Positions 40,247-50,701 of a stretch of DNA of 64,000 nt are shown one piece after another. The notes under the pieces are model-generated. The model saw only the letters and a list, made by a program, of their open reading frames with translations, ran no database searches and was not told the origin of the DNA. Source of the stretch: an uncultured delta proteobacterium (lineage in GTDB: Bacteria; Desulfobacterota; Binatia; Binatales; Binataceae). The stretch lies in assembly GCA_963842085.1 (NCBI GenBank), contig CAWJET010000001.1, forward strand, positions 1,280,001 through 1,344,000, given 5' to 3'. Position numbers and translations under genes: made by a program. Each line of letters starts with the position of its first letter. The stretch's first letter is position 1.

Positions 40247-42769
40247 ATGGGTCAAGTAGCTCGCGCCCTTGAGACGACGGATACATTCTCAAGCGGCGAC
40301 GACTCCGAAACCGGCCTCTCCGGCGCGGAAGCGGAACAGCGTTTCGCCGAATTCGGCCCCAACGAGCCCGTACCCGCGAAGATCGCGGGACCGCTTTTTC
40401 AATTCCTCCGTTTCTGCGCCAATCCCCTTGTCCTGATATTGCTGATCGCGAGCGCAACCTCTGCGTTTCTGGGACAGGTGATCGACGCGATCATCATTGC
40501 CGCAATGGTCGTGCTGAGCGTGGTGCTCAACTTTGTCCAGGCTTATCGCTCGGAAAGAGCAGTGCGGCGCCTCAGGGATCAGGTCGCGCCGACCGCGACC
40601 GTCAAGCGCGATGGAAACTGGATCGAACTTTCTCGCCGACAAATTGTGCCGGGCGATGTCGTGCGGCTCTCGGCCGGCGACTTGGTTCCGGCCGACGCCC
40701 GTTTACTACGAAGCCAGGATCTTCATGTTCAGCAGGCGGCTTTGACCGGTGAGTCGATGCCGGTGGAGAAGTACGTTGGCCAGGGAGAATCCGACACAAC
40801 CGGCGCGACCCGCCCTGACCTTGTCTTTCTGGGTACTTCGGTGGTGAGCGGCACCGCGACCGCGCTGGTGGTGGCGACCGGCCCGCGCACGAGCTTCGGC
40901 GATATCGCGGCTCGACTCTCCGAGCGTCCTCCTGAAACCGAATTCGACCGCGGCACGCGGCAGTTCGGGATGCTGATCATGAAGACCGTTTTTTTCCTCG
41001 TGCTGTTCATCCTGGTGGTCAGCATCGGGATGCATCGGAACGCGCTCGAGTCGCTGCTGTTTGCGGTCGCGCTCGCGGTAGGGCTGACCCCGGAGTTCCT
41101 GCCGATGATCACAACAGTCACGCTTTCGATGGGTGCGCTCAGAATGGCGCGCAGCAAAGTGATCGTGAAACACCTCGACGCGATCGAAAACCTCGGCAGC
41201 ATCGACCTGCTCTGCAGTGACAAGACCGGAACCTTGACCTCGGGCGCGATGGAGCTGGAGTCTTCGCTCGACCCGTTCGGAGAAGTTTGCGAACGCGCCT
41301 TGCTGCTCGGCTATCTGAACAGCCGCTTCGAATCTGGAATCAAAAGTCCGCTCGACGCCAGCATCCTGAAGCATCCAGCGCCGCCGAGCGTCGACAAGTG
41401 GGAGAAGACCGACGAGATTCCTTTCGATTTCGAGCGGCGCCGGCTCTCGATCGTCATCAGGAGGGACGGCGTCTGCACGCTCATAACGAAGGGCGCGCCG
41501 GAGGCAGTGCTGGCCGTGAGCACTTCGATCGAAGTCGGCGGCGAGTGCCGCGCGCTGGGAGAAGCGGACCGCAAGCGGTGCACAGAAACGTTCCGCCGGC
41601 TTAGCGCCGGCGGTTTGCGGGTGCTTGCCGTCGCTTATCGGCAGGTTGAGCGCGCCGAAGGCTGGAAGCGCGAGGACGAGCGTGACCTGGTGTTCGCGGG
41701 ATTCCTCACCTTTCTCGATCCTGCGGTTGAAGGAGTCGCGGATACCGTCGCCGCGCTGCGGGCGGACGGGGTCGGGATCAAGATTCTCACCGGCGACAAC
41801 GAACTGGTGACCCGGCATGTGTGCGAGCGGGTCGGAATCGACTGCACCCGGATCGTCTTGGGCGCCGAGCTGGAGCGCGTGACAGATCTGGCGCTGTTCC
41901 ACATCGCCGAGGAAGCCGATGTCTTCGCGCGGGTCTCACCCGGCCAGAAGAACCGGATCATACGCGCACTCAAAAAGCGCGGGCACGTCGTCGGTTTTCT
42001 TGGTGACGGAATCAACGACGCACCCTCCCTGCACGCCGCCGACGTCGGCATCTCCGTCGCAGGCGCCGTCGATGTGGCGCGCGACGCGGCGGATATCATT
42101 CTGCTGGAGCACGCACTGGATGTTCTGCACGGCGGGATCATCGAGGGTCGCAAGGCGTTCGGCAACGTCCTCAAATACATCCTGATGGGCACCAGTTCGA
42201 ATTTCGGCAATATGTTCAGCATGGCCGCGGCGACGCTGTTTCTTCCGTTCCTGCCGATGCTGCCGACGCAAATCCTGTTGAACAACTTCCTCTACGATCT
42301 CGCGCAGGTGACGATTCCAACCGACAATGTCGATCCGGTGTACATTCGGTCTCCGCAGAAATGGAACGTCAGGATCATTCGCAACTTCATGATAGCGATC
42401 GGGCCGCTCAGCTCGATCTTCGACTTCCTGACCTTCTATATCCTGCTGGCAATCTTTCGCTCGTCAGAAGCGTTCTTTCATACCGGATGGTTCGTCGAAT
42501 CGCTCGCGACCCAGACCTTGGTGCTGTTTGTGATTCGCACCGCGGGCAGACCATGGAGCAACCGCCCGAGCCTGCCACTGGCGACGACCACCATTGCGAT
42601 CGTGATCGCCGGCTTGACTCTGCCGTTCTCTCCACTGGCGGGAAGCCTCGGATTTGTACCATTGCCGGTTGCGTTCTTTCTTTTCCTCGCGGGCGCGGTC
42701 ATCACATACTTGATCCTTGTCGAGATAGTGAAAGCCAGGCTGGTGCGATCGTCTCTGCTGCGCGCGTAG
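40247..42769 (+). CDS. mgtA: Mg2+-transporting P-type ATPase
   Basis: AVGLTPEFLP, DKTGT, GDGIND, SSNFGN, GWFVES. Confidence 0.93.
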   Translation: MGQVARALETTDTFSSGDDSETGLSGAEAEQRFAEFGPNEPVPAKIAGPLFQFLRFCANPLVLILLIASATSAFLGQVIDAIIIAAMVVLSVVLNFVQAYRSERAVRRLRDQVAPTATVKRDGNWIELSRRQIVPGDVVRLSAGDLVPADARLLRSQDLHVQQAALTGESMPVEKYVGQGESDTTGATRPDLVFLGTSVVSGTATALVVATGPRTSFGDIAARLSERPPETEFDRGTRQFGMLIMKTVFFLVLFILVVSIGMHRNALESLLFAVALAVGLTPEFLPMITTVTLSMGALRMARSKVIVKHLDAIENLGSIDLLCSDKTGTLTSGAMELESSLDPFGEVCERALLLGYLNSRFESGIKSPLDASILKHPAPPSVDKWEKTDEIPFDFERRRLSIVIRRDGVCTLITKGAPEAVLAVSTSIEVGGECRALGEADRKRCTETFRRLSAGGLRVLAVAYRQVERAEGWKREDERDLVFAGFLTFLDPAVEGVADTVAALRADGVGIKILTGDNELVTRHVCERVGIDCTRIVLGAELERVTDLALFHIAEEADVFARVSPGQKNRIIRALKKRGHVVGFLGDGINDAPSLHAADVGISVAGAVDVARDAADIILLEHALDVLHGGIIEGRKAFGNVLKYILMGTSSNFGNMFSMAAATLFLPFLPMLPTQILLNNFLYDLAQVTIPTDNVDPVYIRSPQKWNVRIIRNFMIAIGPLSSIFDFLTFYILLAIFRSSEAFFHTGWFVESLATQTLVLFVIRTAGRPWSNRPSLPLATTTIAIVIAGLTLPFSPLAGSLGFVPLPVAFFLFLAGAVITYLILVEIVKARLVRSSLLRA

Positions 42770-42959
42770 CGATCTGAACCGCAAAAGCGCCCTTATCGAG
42801 AGAACCTTCGAGACAGAAATCCTCAGACGACGGCCGCACAGTGGAACGTGAGGTTCTATACGTGCTAGGTCCTTCGACAAGCCTGCAACGCGCGGCACCG
42901 ACGTTGGCGGAGCACGGCTTTACGCTCCTCGCCGACCATTACTGGCCGGGGCGATAACC

Positions 42960-43616
42960 ATGGACAAGGAACGATCGGCGTTATTGGTAGTCGATGTCCA
43001 GCCGGACTTCATGCCGGGCGGTGCGCTACCGGTTGGTGGCGGCGACGAGATCGTCTCGCCCGTTGCGGAGTTGATGGAAGCCGAACTCTTCGGCCTGATT
43101 GTCGCCATTCAGGATTGGCATCCTCCTGAGCATGTCTCATTTGCGAGCAACCACCCCGGCCGCAAAGCCTTCGAGAAAATCGACCTGTACGGCCATGAGC
43201 AAATCCTATGGCCTGATCACTGTGTGCAGGGGACTCCGGGCGCTGACCTGCACCCTGGGATTCCATGGGCAAGGGCGGCTGCGATCGTTAGAAAAGCGAC
43301 GAGCGCGGCGGTCGATTCCTATAGCGCGCTTCGCAACAATTGGGATCCAAAAGGCAATCGACCGTCAACCGGCCTGGCCGGGTATTTGAAGGATCGCGCC
43401 ACCGAGGAAGTTTTCATCTGCGGCCTGGCTCGCGACTTTTGCGTCAGGTGGACAGCCGAAGACGCTCTCCAGGAAGGCTTCCGGGTCAATGTGATCTGGG
43501 ATCTCTGCCGCTCGATCGAGCCGCAGCACGACGAGCTGCTGCGCCGCGAGTTGGCCGGGCATGGCGTCCGGATCATTACCGCGCAGGAACTCCGCCATCG
43601 CGGCAAGACAGCGTGA
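42960..43616 (+). CDS. pncA: Nicotinamidase
   Basis: VDVQPDF, QDWHP..H, WPDHC, GLARDFCV. Confidence 0.92.
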   Translation: MDKERSALLVVDVQPDFMPGGALPVGGGDEIVSPVAELMEAELFGLIVAIQDWHPPEHVSFASNHPGRKAFEKIDLYGHEQILWPDHCVQGTPGADLHPGIPWARAAAIVRKATSAAVDSYSALRNNWDPKGNRPSTGLAGYLKDRATEEVFICGLARDFCVRWTAEDALQEGFRVNVIWDLCRSIEPQHDELLRRELAGHGVRIITAQELRHRGKTA

Positions 43617-43617
43617 C

Positions 43618-45321
43618 ATGGATAACGACGAAGTCGCGAAGGTGCTCGACGAGACCGCCGATATGCTGGAGGTGGCGGGCGAGAATTTCTTTCGCGTGCG
43701 GGCCTACCGCAATGCGGCTCGGGCGATTCGCGATCAAACGGCGCAGGTCGCCGATCTAAGCCAGGAACAAATCGATGAGATTCCCGGCATTGGAGCCGAT
43801 CTGGCGGAAAAAATAGCGACCATCGCCGAGACCGGCGACCTGCCTTTGCACCACGATCTGTCCGCAAAGTTCCCGCCTCAGCTCCTCGAACTGAGAGATG
43901 TTCCAGGCCTGGGTCCGAAGCGACTAAAGCTCCTGATCGACCTGCTGCAGATTCGCGACCGGGATGATCTTGAAAAAGCCATCAAGTCCGAGGCACTGCG
44001 GAAAATCCGCGGCTTTGGATCGAAGATAGAGGATCGAATCCGGGAATCACTGGAACGGCGCGAGACCGGACAAGCCAAGCGAATGCTGTACGCGGAGGCG
44101 ACCCGGGTCGCCGCGCAAATCGAAGCCCATTTGAGAAAATGCGCGGCAATCCGGGAGTTTGAGCTGGCAGGCAGTTTTCGGCGGCGGCAGGAGACCATCG
44201 GCGATCTCGACGTGGTTGCTGCCGCCGCCGATTCCGCCCCGGTCATGGCGCATTTCACCGCCTTTCCCGGTATCGCCCGGGTAATCGGCTCGGGCGAGAC
44301 CAAGACCAGCGTTGTACTCAAAGGCGGTCTGCAAGTGGACTTGCGCGTGGTGCCGCCCAGGAGTTTCAGCGCGGCGCTCCTCTATTTCACCGGGTCCAAG
44401 TCCCACAACGTGCACCTGCGGCGCATCGCCCAAGGGCACGGACTCTTGCTCAACGAGTACGGCCTCTTCCGCGACGATGCTGTCATCGCCGGCAAGACCG
44501 AAGACGAGATCTACCGCGCCCTTGGGCTTCCGTGGGTACCGCCAGAGTTGCGCGAGGACCGCGGCGAAATAGAAGCGGCCGCGTCCGGCCAGCTGCCAAA
44601 ATTGGTTGAGCGGCGGGACCTTCGCGGCGACCTTCACACCCATTCGCTGTACACCGACGGACACGCATCGATTGAGCAAATGGCGCGTCAGGCTCGTGAG
44701 AACGGCCTCGAATATGTTGCAATTACCGATCACTCACGGCGGATAACGATGGCCCATGGCCTGGATCCTGCGCGCTTGCACGAGCAGCGGCGGGAGATCG
44801 AGCGAGTCAGGAAAAAGGTTTCCGGCATCTCACTGCTTCAAGGCATCGAGGTCGACATCCTGGACGATGGGGAGTTGGATTTGCCCGCCGACGCGCTGGC
44901 GGAACTCGACTGGGTGGTCGCGTCGGTCCATTACAAGCTCGAACAAAATCCCGCCGACATGACGCGCAGGGTGATCAAGGCGATTCGCAATCCCAACGTT
45001 GACGTAATTGGCCATCCGAGTGGCCGCTTGCTCGGGCATCGCGAACCCAGCAAGTTCGACTTCAGTGAAATCCTCCGCGTCGCCCGCGAGGAGGGCTGTG
45101 CGCTGGAAATCGATTCCCAGCCTGACAGACTGGACCTGACCGATACCGCGTGCCTTGCCGCAAAACGAGCCGGCGTCAAGGTTGTCATATCCAGCGACGC
45201 TCATTCGACTCGGGATTTCGCGCTGATCGAATACGGGATCAACCAGGCACGGCGCGGCTGGATCGAGAAGGACGACGTTCTCAACACACGACCGCTGAAG
45301 AACCTGCGACCGCGGCGCTGA
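43618..45321 (+). CDS. polX: DNA polymerase X with PHP domain
   Basis: GSFRR, GDLD, YFTGSK, DLHTHS, TDHS, SSDAH. Confidence 0.95.
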   Translation: MDNDEVAKVLDETADMLEVAGENFFRVRAYRNAARAIRDQTAQVADLSQEQIDEIPGIGADLAEKIATIAETGDLPLHHDLSAKFPPQLLELRDVPGLGPKRLKLLIDLLQIRDRDDLEKAIKSEALRKIRGFGSKIEDRIRESLERRETGQAKRMLYAEATRVAAQIEAHLRKCAAIREFELAGSFRRRQETIGDLDVVAAAADSAPVMAHFTAFPGIARVIGSGETKTSVVLKGGLQVDLRVVPPRSFSAALLYFTGSKSHNVHLRRIAQGHGLLLNEYGLFRDDAVIAGKTEDEIYRALGLPWVPPELREDRGEIEAAASGQLPKLVERRDLRGDLHTHSLYTDGHASIEQMARQARENGLEYVAITDHSRRITMAHGLDPARLHEQRREIERVRKKVSGISLLQGIEVDILDDGELDLPADALAELDWVVASVHYKLEQNPADMTRRVIKAIRNPNVDVIGHPSGRLLGHREPSKFDFSEILRVAREEGCALEIDSQPDRLDLTDTACLAAKRAGVKVVISSDAHSTRDFALIEYGINQARRGWIEKDDVLNTRPLKNLRPRR

Positions 45322-45401
45322 ATCGCGCTATATCGTTATACCGACGCCGCAACAACTGCCGGCCTGGTCTTAATAGATGGCGAGGTGGCCGGCCACGAAT
45401 T

Positions 45402-45623
45402 TCAGGTAGCTTCTTTCGACGCGCTAACGTTGGCGCTGCGCAAAACGGCCACCGCCCGATCCGCCGCTTCGTCGTCCGCAATGATCACCGCATATTTTGA
45501 AAGAAGCTTGGTCCCTGGGCGAAGCACGATCCGGGCATCCTGAAGCAGTCCTAGTGCTCGCACGAACATTTCCGCCAAATCTCCGACGCCGGTCCGAGAA
45601 TCGATGATAATTCTTGCCATCAC
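45402..45623 (-). CDS. Small hypothetical protein
   Basis: 73-aa ORF with GGAG RBS and protein-like composition. Confidence 0.55.
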   Translation of the reverse strand: MMARIIIDSRTGVGDLAEMFVRALGLLQDARIVLRPGTKLLSKYAVIIADDEAADRAVAVLRSANVSASKEAT

Positions 45624-45898
45624 GTTGCTCCGATTCGTTCTGCTAGCGATTTCCTGGCAAGAAGGTGAAGGATACCCGAAAGAAATTGATTCTTGCTACG
45701 CGTGGCTGCCCAAACAACTCGTTCATCGTGACATCTTGATTAATTCCTGATGATCCAAAGATTGCCCGGACGGTGCTGACACCGGTCAACGCGGCTAGCT
45801 CAGCGCTGCAAGCAATTCGCGCCAAAGGCGCCTGTTCATTTGACAAAGCTGATGTCCGAAGTGTAAGCAGCCAACCCTCAGCAACTTGAGGCATCAGC

Positions 45899-47068
45899 AT
45901 GGTCGGAAGCTACTCGGTCCCAATCACAGCGGTAGCGATTCTTGCGTCCGCAATTCTGAGCGTCTGCTGGTATTCGGTGGATGCCCTGGGCCAACAGTCT
46001 AACGCTCCGATTGGTCAGCCCGGCAACCGGCCGCAACACGTATTCATTATTGTCCTGGAAAACGAAGGTTTCGAAAAGACCTTCGGCAGGAATTCTCCTG
46101 CGCCGTACCTTTCTCGCGAGCTAGCCGCAAAAGGGCTGCTCCTGACACAGTACTATGCGATCGGTCACTTCAGCCTCGATAACTACGTCGCGATGATTAG
46201 CGGACAAGGGCCCAACCCGTACACTCAGAATGACTGTTTCACTTACTATGAATTTCGTCCATTGACGGGAGACCTCGACCCCGATGGTCAGGCATTAGGC
46301 GCGGGATGCGTCTATCCGGACTCCGTCCTGACAATCGCGAATCAACTCGAGGCGAAGCACTTGACCTGGAAGGGGTACATGGAAGACATGCCTGAGAACT
46401 GCGCGCATCCGGTCCTCGGACAGCCCGATAATCATAGAAGAGCGAGCAAAGAGTCTCAGTACGCCACTCGGCACAATCCATTCGTCTACTTCCATTCGAT
46501 CATCGATCATCCGACGTGTGCGGAGCACGTGGTGCCGCTCGTACAACTCGACAATGACTTGAGCAGCGTCGCGAGCACGCCCAATCTCTCCTTCATCACG
46601 CCGAACCTGTGCCACGACGGTCATGATCGGGCATCCGCCCTGCGCGAAGGGGGCAAGCTGGTATCGGCAGATCGGTTTTTGCGTTCCCTGGTAACCAGGA
46701 TTCTGGATTCGCAGGCGTATCGGCAAGACGGCATGTTGATAATTACCTTCGACGAATCCGATATCGAAATCAAAGGCAACAAGGTTGTGCCGGATGAAAC
46801 AGATTCAACTTCCTGCTGCAATGAACCCACGGGTCCCAACACCGTCGCACCGGGTCGAACAGGACCGGGCGGCGGCAGAACCGGAGCGCTGATAATTTCG
46901 CCGTTCGTGAAGCCAGGCTGCGACGATCATCCTTACAATCACTACGCGCTGTTGCGCAGCCTGGAGGACCTCTTCGGTCTCAACCATCTTGGATTCGCTG
47001 CGCGGCCGGGACTAGCCGCCTTTGGCGACGATGTGTATCGCGGGACCGGGACGCCATGCGAGCGCTGA
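45899..47068 (+). CDS. Secreted phosphoesterase (acid phosphatase/phospholipase C family)
   Basis: HVFIIVLEN, RHNPF, ITPNLCHDGHD, ITFDE, YNHYALL. Confidence 0.88.
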   Translation: MVGSYSVPITAVAILASAILSVCWYSVDALGQQSNAPIGQPGNRPQHVFIIVLENEGFEKTFGRNSPAPYLSRELAAKGLLLTQYYAIGHFSLDNYVAMISGQGPNPYTQNDCFTYYEFRPLTGDLDPDGQALGAGCVYPDSVLTIANQLEAKHLTWKGYMEDMPENCAHPVLGQPDNHRRASKESQYATRHNPFVYFHSIIDHPTCAEHVVPLVQLDNDLSSVASTPNLSFITPNLCHDGHDRASALREGGKLVSADRFLRSLVTRILDSQAYRQDGMLIITFDESDIEIKGNKVVPDETDSTSCCNEPTGPNTVAPGRTGPGGGRTGALIISPFVKPGCDDHPYNHYALLRSLEDLFGLNHLGFAARPGLAAFGDDVYRGTGTPCER

Positions 47069-47095
47069 CGCATCGGCCCGGAACTGGAGGGCGAG

Positions 47096-47491
47096 TTATG
47101 CTCTGCGTCGTCCTTCCTGCGCGGCGATCAACACCGCGCCCGCCAGGACCACGAGCACGGCGGCATTGAAAGGCGCTCCCGGCACGGCCACCGGCAACGT
47201 CCGGTAGAAATACAGATTGACGACGCCGAGGAGAGTTTCCGCCATCTGCAGAACCAGTGCGAGCAAAACCAGATCGCGCCGCAACGCGAGCACGTAGAGC
47301 TGAAATCCGCCCGCCACGACCTGGTGAAATCCCATCAGCGCGAACAGGCTCAGGATGGTCTGCCGCGCAGTCGAAAGATCGAGCCCCGCGATCGAGTGAG
47401 CGCCGCCGTCGGGCGCGAAGGCATGGATACAGCCGCGTCCGAAATTCGTCAGCATCATCAGCGCCAGCACGACGCGCGGAACGTATCGCAT
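47096..47491 (-). CDS. Membrane protein of unknown function
   Basis: Four hydrophobic segments, IHAFAPDGGAHSIAG. Confidence 0.7.
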   Translation of the reverse strand: MRYVPRVVLALMMLTNFGRGCIHAFAPDGGAHSIAGLDLSTARQTILSLFALMGFHQVVAGGFQLYVLALRRDLVLLALVLQMAETLLGVVNLYFYRTLPVAVPGAPFNAAVLVVLAGAVLIAAQEGRRRA

Positions 47492-47499
47492 CGCCGCCG

Positions 47500-47901
47500 T
47501 CACCGCTGCGAGACGCAGATCAGTAGCTGACCCTCGAGGCCGGCCGCGCGATGCACACCGACCTCGGCCACCTCGGGCGAGGTCGCGATCTTCACGAAGG
47601 CCGCCGCCGAGGGGTACTGAACGAGCGCCGCGATGTCCCAAAGCGATTCGCCGAGCGTAAGGTACTTCACGTCGCCGGCAAAGAGAAATTTTCCGCCGCC
47701 GCGCTCGACGATTTTCTGCATCCCCTCGGCGTAGATTCCGTAGGCCTGCGCTCCCGTGAGTTCGCTTTTGCGCCCGTCCGCGTACTTCGCCTTGGCGCGG
47801 AATTTGAGCAGGTTGAGCATCACGATCGGTTTGGGCGAGGGATCGTTGCGGAGTGCCTCGATCTGTTCGGCAGCCGGGTACACAGCATTTTCAACTTTCA
47901 T
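47500..47901 (-). CDS. DUF1330-like protein
   Basis: PIVMLNLLKFR, WD.AALVQYPS, HR.AGL. Confidence 0.85.
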   Translation of the reverse strand: MKVENAVYPAAEQIEALRNDPSPKPIVMLNLLKFRAKAKYADGRKSELTGAQAYGIYAEGMQKIVERGGGKFLFAGDVKYLTLGESLWDIAALVQYPSAAAFVKIATSPEVAEVGVHRAAGLEGQLLICVSQR

Positions 47902-47915
47902 GTTGAGTCTTTCTC

Positions 47916-48821
47916 CTAAAGGGTTCCGCGGATGAATTCGTCCAGCACGCGCGTCACTTCCTCAGGCTGGTCCTCCTGCAGGAAATGGCCCGCGCCGGTG
48001 ATTGTCACGTGGCGCCGTCCTTTTGCACCGGGCACGCGCTCCTGAAAAATCTTTTCACCGCCTTTGGTGACCGGATCGGAATCTGAAAAAGCCGTCAGGA
48101 AAGGCTTCTCGAACTTCTCGAGCGCCTCCCATGCTTTCTTGTTCTGCGCGACCGAGCCGTGCTGCGGCGTGATCGGCACGAGCGCGGGAAATATCCGCGC
48201 GCCCGCCTTGTACGACTCCTCGGGAAAGGGCGCGTTGTAGGTGGCGATCTCGGCGGACGAGAGCTTGCGCGTCGTGCCCATGTTCACGATGTCTCCGACC
48301 GGCAGCGTCGGAACCGTCTGGCTGAAGTTGAGCCACTGCTCGAAAGCCGGCGAAAAGCCGGCGCCGACCGGCAGGCCCGTATTTGCCGCCACCACGCGCG
48401 CGAACCGTTGCGGGAATGCCGCCACCAGCCGCAGGCCGATAAGCCCGCCCCAGTCCTGGCAGAAGAGCGTGACGTTGCTCAAGTCGAGCGCGGTCAGCCA
48501 ATCGCTCATCCAGCGGACGTGGCGTTCATAAGTGTAGTCGGAGCGCTCGGCCGGCTTGTCGGAGCGGCCGAAGCCGACCAGGTCGGGAGCGACCGCGCGA
48601 TGCCCTTTCGCCACGAGTCCCGCAGTCACCTTGCGATACAGGAAGCTCCACGACGGTTCGCCATGCATCAGCAGCACCGGCGCGGCGCTTGCCGGACCTT
48701 CGTCCAGATAGTGAATGCGCAGCGCAGTGCCGTCGGAATCCTTCACCTCGCGGTAGTGGGGCGCAAATGGAAAATCCGGCAGGTTGGCAAATCGATCATC
48801 GGGGGTTCTTAGAACTTTCAC
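47916..48821 (-). CDS. Haloalkane dehalogenase family hydrolase
   Basis: [19 protein letters not shown]. Confidence 0.92.
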   Translation of the reverse strand: MKVLRTPDDRFANLPDFPFAPHYREVKDSDGTALRIHYLDEGPASAAPVLLMHGEPSWSFLYRKVTAGLVAKGHRAVAPDLVGFGRSDKPAERSDYTYERHVRWMSDWLTALDLSNVTLFCQDWGGLIGLRLVAAFPQRFARVVAANTGLPVGAGFSPAFEQWLNFSQTVPTLPVGDIVNMGTTRKLSSAEIATYNAPFPEESYKAGARIFPALVPITPQHGSVAQNKKAWEALEKFEKPFLTAFSDSDPVTKGGEKIFQERVPGAKGRRHVTITGAGHFLQEDQPEEVTRVLDEFIRGTL

Positions 48822-48861
48822 CGGTCGGCCTCCGTGTTCGAGCGTAGATTCAGCCGAACAA

Positions 48862-48890
48862 ATATATTGACACAACTAATGTCATTTCTT
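48862..48890. promoter_or_regulatory. Putative TetR operator
   Basis: ATATTGACA-CAACTAA-TGTCA. Confidence 0.65.
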
Positions 48891-48915
48891 CATGCCTTGA
48901 TCAAGGCGGACCGCG

Positions 48916-50580
48916 TCAGTTCGACCAGAAGACGTAGTCGTCGCCGGCGCTTTCCGGATAGGACAGCGGATGGTCGATATCGATCGGGCCTTCGAGCAGC
49001 GACGGCCACAGCGGCCTGGCCTGCTGACTGTCGATCTGATCGAGGACTTCCATCAGCTCCCGGACCTTCTGCGGATTGCTTTCAGCCAGGTCGTGATGCT
49101 CGGTGGGATCGTCCTTCAGATTGAAGAGCCAGGTCTTGTTCGGCTTGTCGTCGATCTGCAGCTTCCATTCGCCGTCGAGAATCGTCTTGTACGGACCCGA
49201 GCGCCAGAACAGCGTGCGATGAGGCGTGCCGGCTGCTGCGCCCTCGACAAAGGGCAGCACGTTCACGCTATCCATCACGCGATCCGACGGCACTGCCGCG
49301 CCGGCCGCTCCCGCCGCGGTCGAAAAGATGTCCACGTGAGCGACCGGGAGCGCGTAGGTCGTGCCGGCGCGGATTTTCGCCGGCCATTTGACGAAGAACG
49401 GCACGTGTATTCCGCCTTCGAAGAAGGTCGCCTTCCAGCCGCGATAGGGCCGATTGATGTCCGGCAGGCCGATATAGTTCGCGCCGCCGTTGTCGCTGGT
49501 GAAAAACACCAGCGTGTTTTGCTCCAGCTCGGTTTGTCGAAGCGCGTCGAGCACGTGGCCGACGTTGCGGTCGAGCGCGCGGACCATCGCGCCGTACACG
49601 CGCAGCCCGTGATCCTTGATCTGGGGCAGTGCGTCGTAGTCGGATTTGAGCGCCTGCAGCGGCGTGTGCGGCGCGTTGAATGCCAGGTAGATGAAGAAGG
49701 GGCGGTTGCGGTTCGCGTCGATCGCCTTCACCGCCTCGTCGCCCAGGTAGTCGGTCATGTATTCGGAGGGATAGAATCGCCGGCTGCCGTTATTGACGAC
49801 CGCGAATGACAGGTTCGCCCACAGAAATTTGTCGATCGGGTCAAAGTCCTGGTACGAGTTCTCGGCCGCTGGATCGTTCTCGCGCAGGTACATCGACGCG
49901 CCCGCCAGAAAGCCCAGCGATTCATCGAAGCCGCGCGCATTCGGAGCCGTCTCCGGCGTTTCGCCCAGATGCCACTTGCCGAGAAAGATCGTGCGATAGC
50001 CGCGCGTCTTCAAAAGCTGCGGCATCATGATCTCGCTGGTCGGCACCGCCTGCCGGGCAAGCGGCGGCACCTGGCTCACGCGCTCGGAATGAAAGATGGC
50101 CTTGCGAGGACCGTGCTGATAGTAAGTCGAGACCAGCTTCATGAATGCCACCGGCGCCGGCGTGAACTCGAAGCCAAAGCGCGTCGCGTAACGGCCGGTC
50201 ATGATCGCCGCGCGCGACGGCGCGCAGGTAGCGTCGCCGGCATAGCCGTTGCTGAACACCACGCCGTCGTGCGCAATCGAATCGATATTCGGCGTGGGGA
50301 CCGCGCCGCCGGCAACGCCACCGCCGTTGAGCGTGATGTCGTTGTAGCCGAGGTCGTCAGCCAGAATCAGAATTATATTAGGCGGGCGCTGGCCGGGAGC
50401 AGCCGCTGCGGTCGCCGGGCCCTGCTGCCATTCAACCGCGCGATTGGGCTGGATCGGATCGCGGATGCTCTGCAGCAGGCCGGGCAGGTAGTACCAGTAT
50501 TGCGAGAACAGATAGCCGCCGATCGCGAGCGCCGCGACCGCCGAGCCGAATGCGATTTTGCCGGTTCTGCCGATCTTCAT
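48916..50580 (-). CDS. Sulfatase (formylglycine type), N-terminal anchor
   Basis: ADDLG, CAPSRAAIMTGRY, GKWHLG, SDNG. Confidence 0.93.
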   Translation of the reverse strand: MKIGRTGKIAFGSAVAALAIGGYLFSQYWYYLPGLLQSIRDPIQPNRAVEWQQGPATAAAAPGQRPPNIILILADDLGYNDITLNGGGVAGGAVPTPNIDSIAHDGVVFSNGYAGDATCAPSRAAIMTGRYATRFGFEFTPAPVAFMKLVSTYYQHGPRKAIFHSERVSQVPPLARQAVPTSEIMMPQLLKTRGYRTIFLGKWHLGETPETAPNARGFDESLGFLAGASMYLRENDPAAENSYQDFDPIDKFLWANLSFAVVNNGSRRFYPSEYMTDYLGDEAVKAIDANRNRPFFIYLAFNAPHTPLQALKSDYDALPQIKDHGLRVYGAMVRALDRNVGHVLDALRQTELEQNTLVFFTSDNGGANYIGLPDINRPYRGWKATFFEGGIHVPFFVKWPAKIRAGTTYALPVAHVDIFSTAAGAAGAAVPSDRVMDSVNVLPFVEGAAAGTPHRTLFWRSGPYKTILDGEWKLQIDDKPNKTWLFNLKDDPTEHHDLAESNPQKVRELMEVLDQIDSQQARPLWPSLLEGPIDIDHPLSYPESAGDDYVFWSN

Positions 50581-50633
50581 TGAACCCCCTCCGGGATTCC
50601 TCACGGGATTGCGGCCTTTCCAAGCGGCCGAGA

Positions 50634-50655
50634 ATATGGCAACTATAGTGTCAAT
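50634..50655. promoter_or_regulatory. Putative TetR operator in divergent promoter
   Basis: TGGCA-ACTATAG-TGTCA. Confidence 0.55.
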
Positions 50656-50701
50656 TGATTGCACGAGCAACCGTTATGACACTCATCCCCACTGACTTCT
50701 G

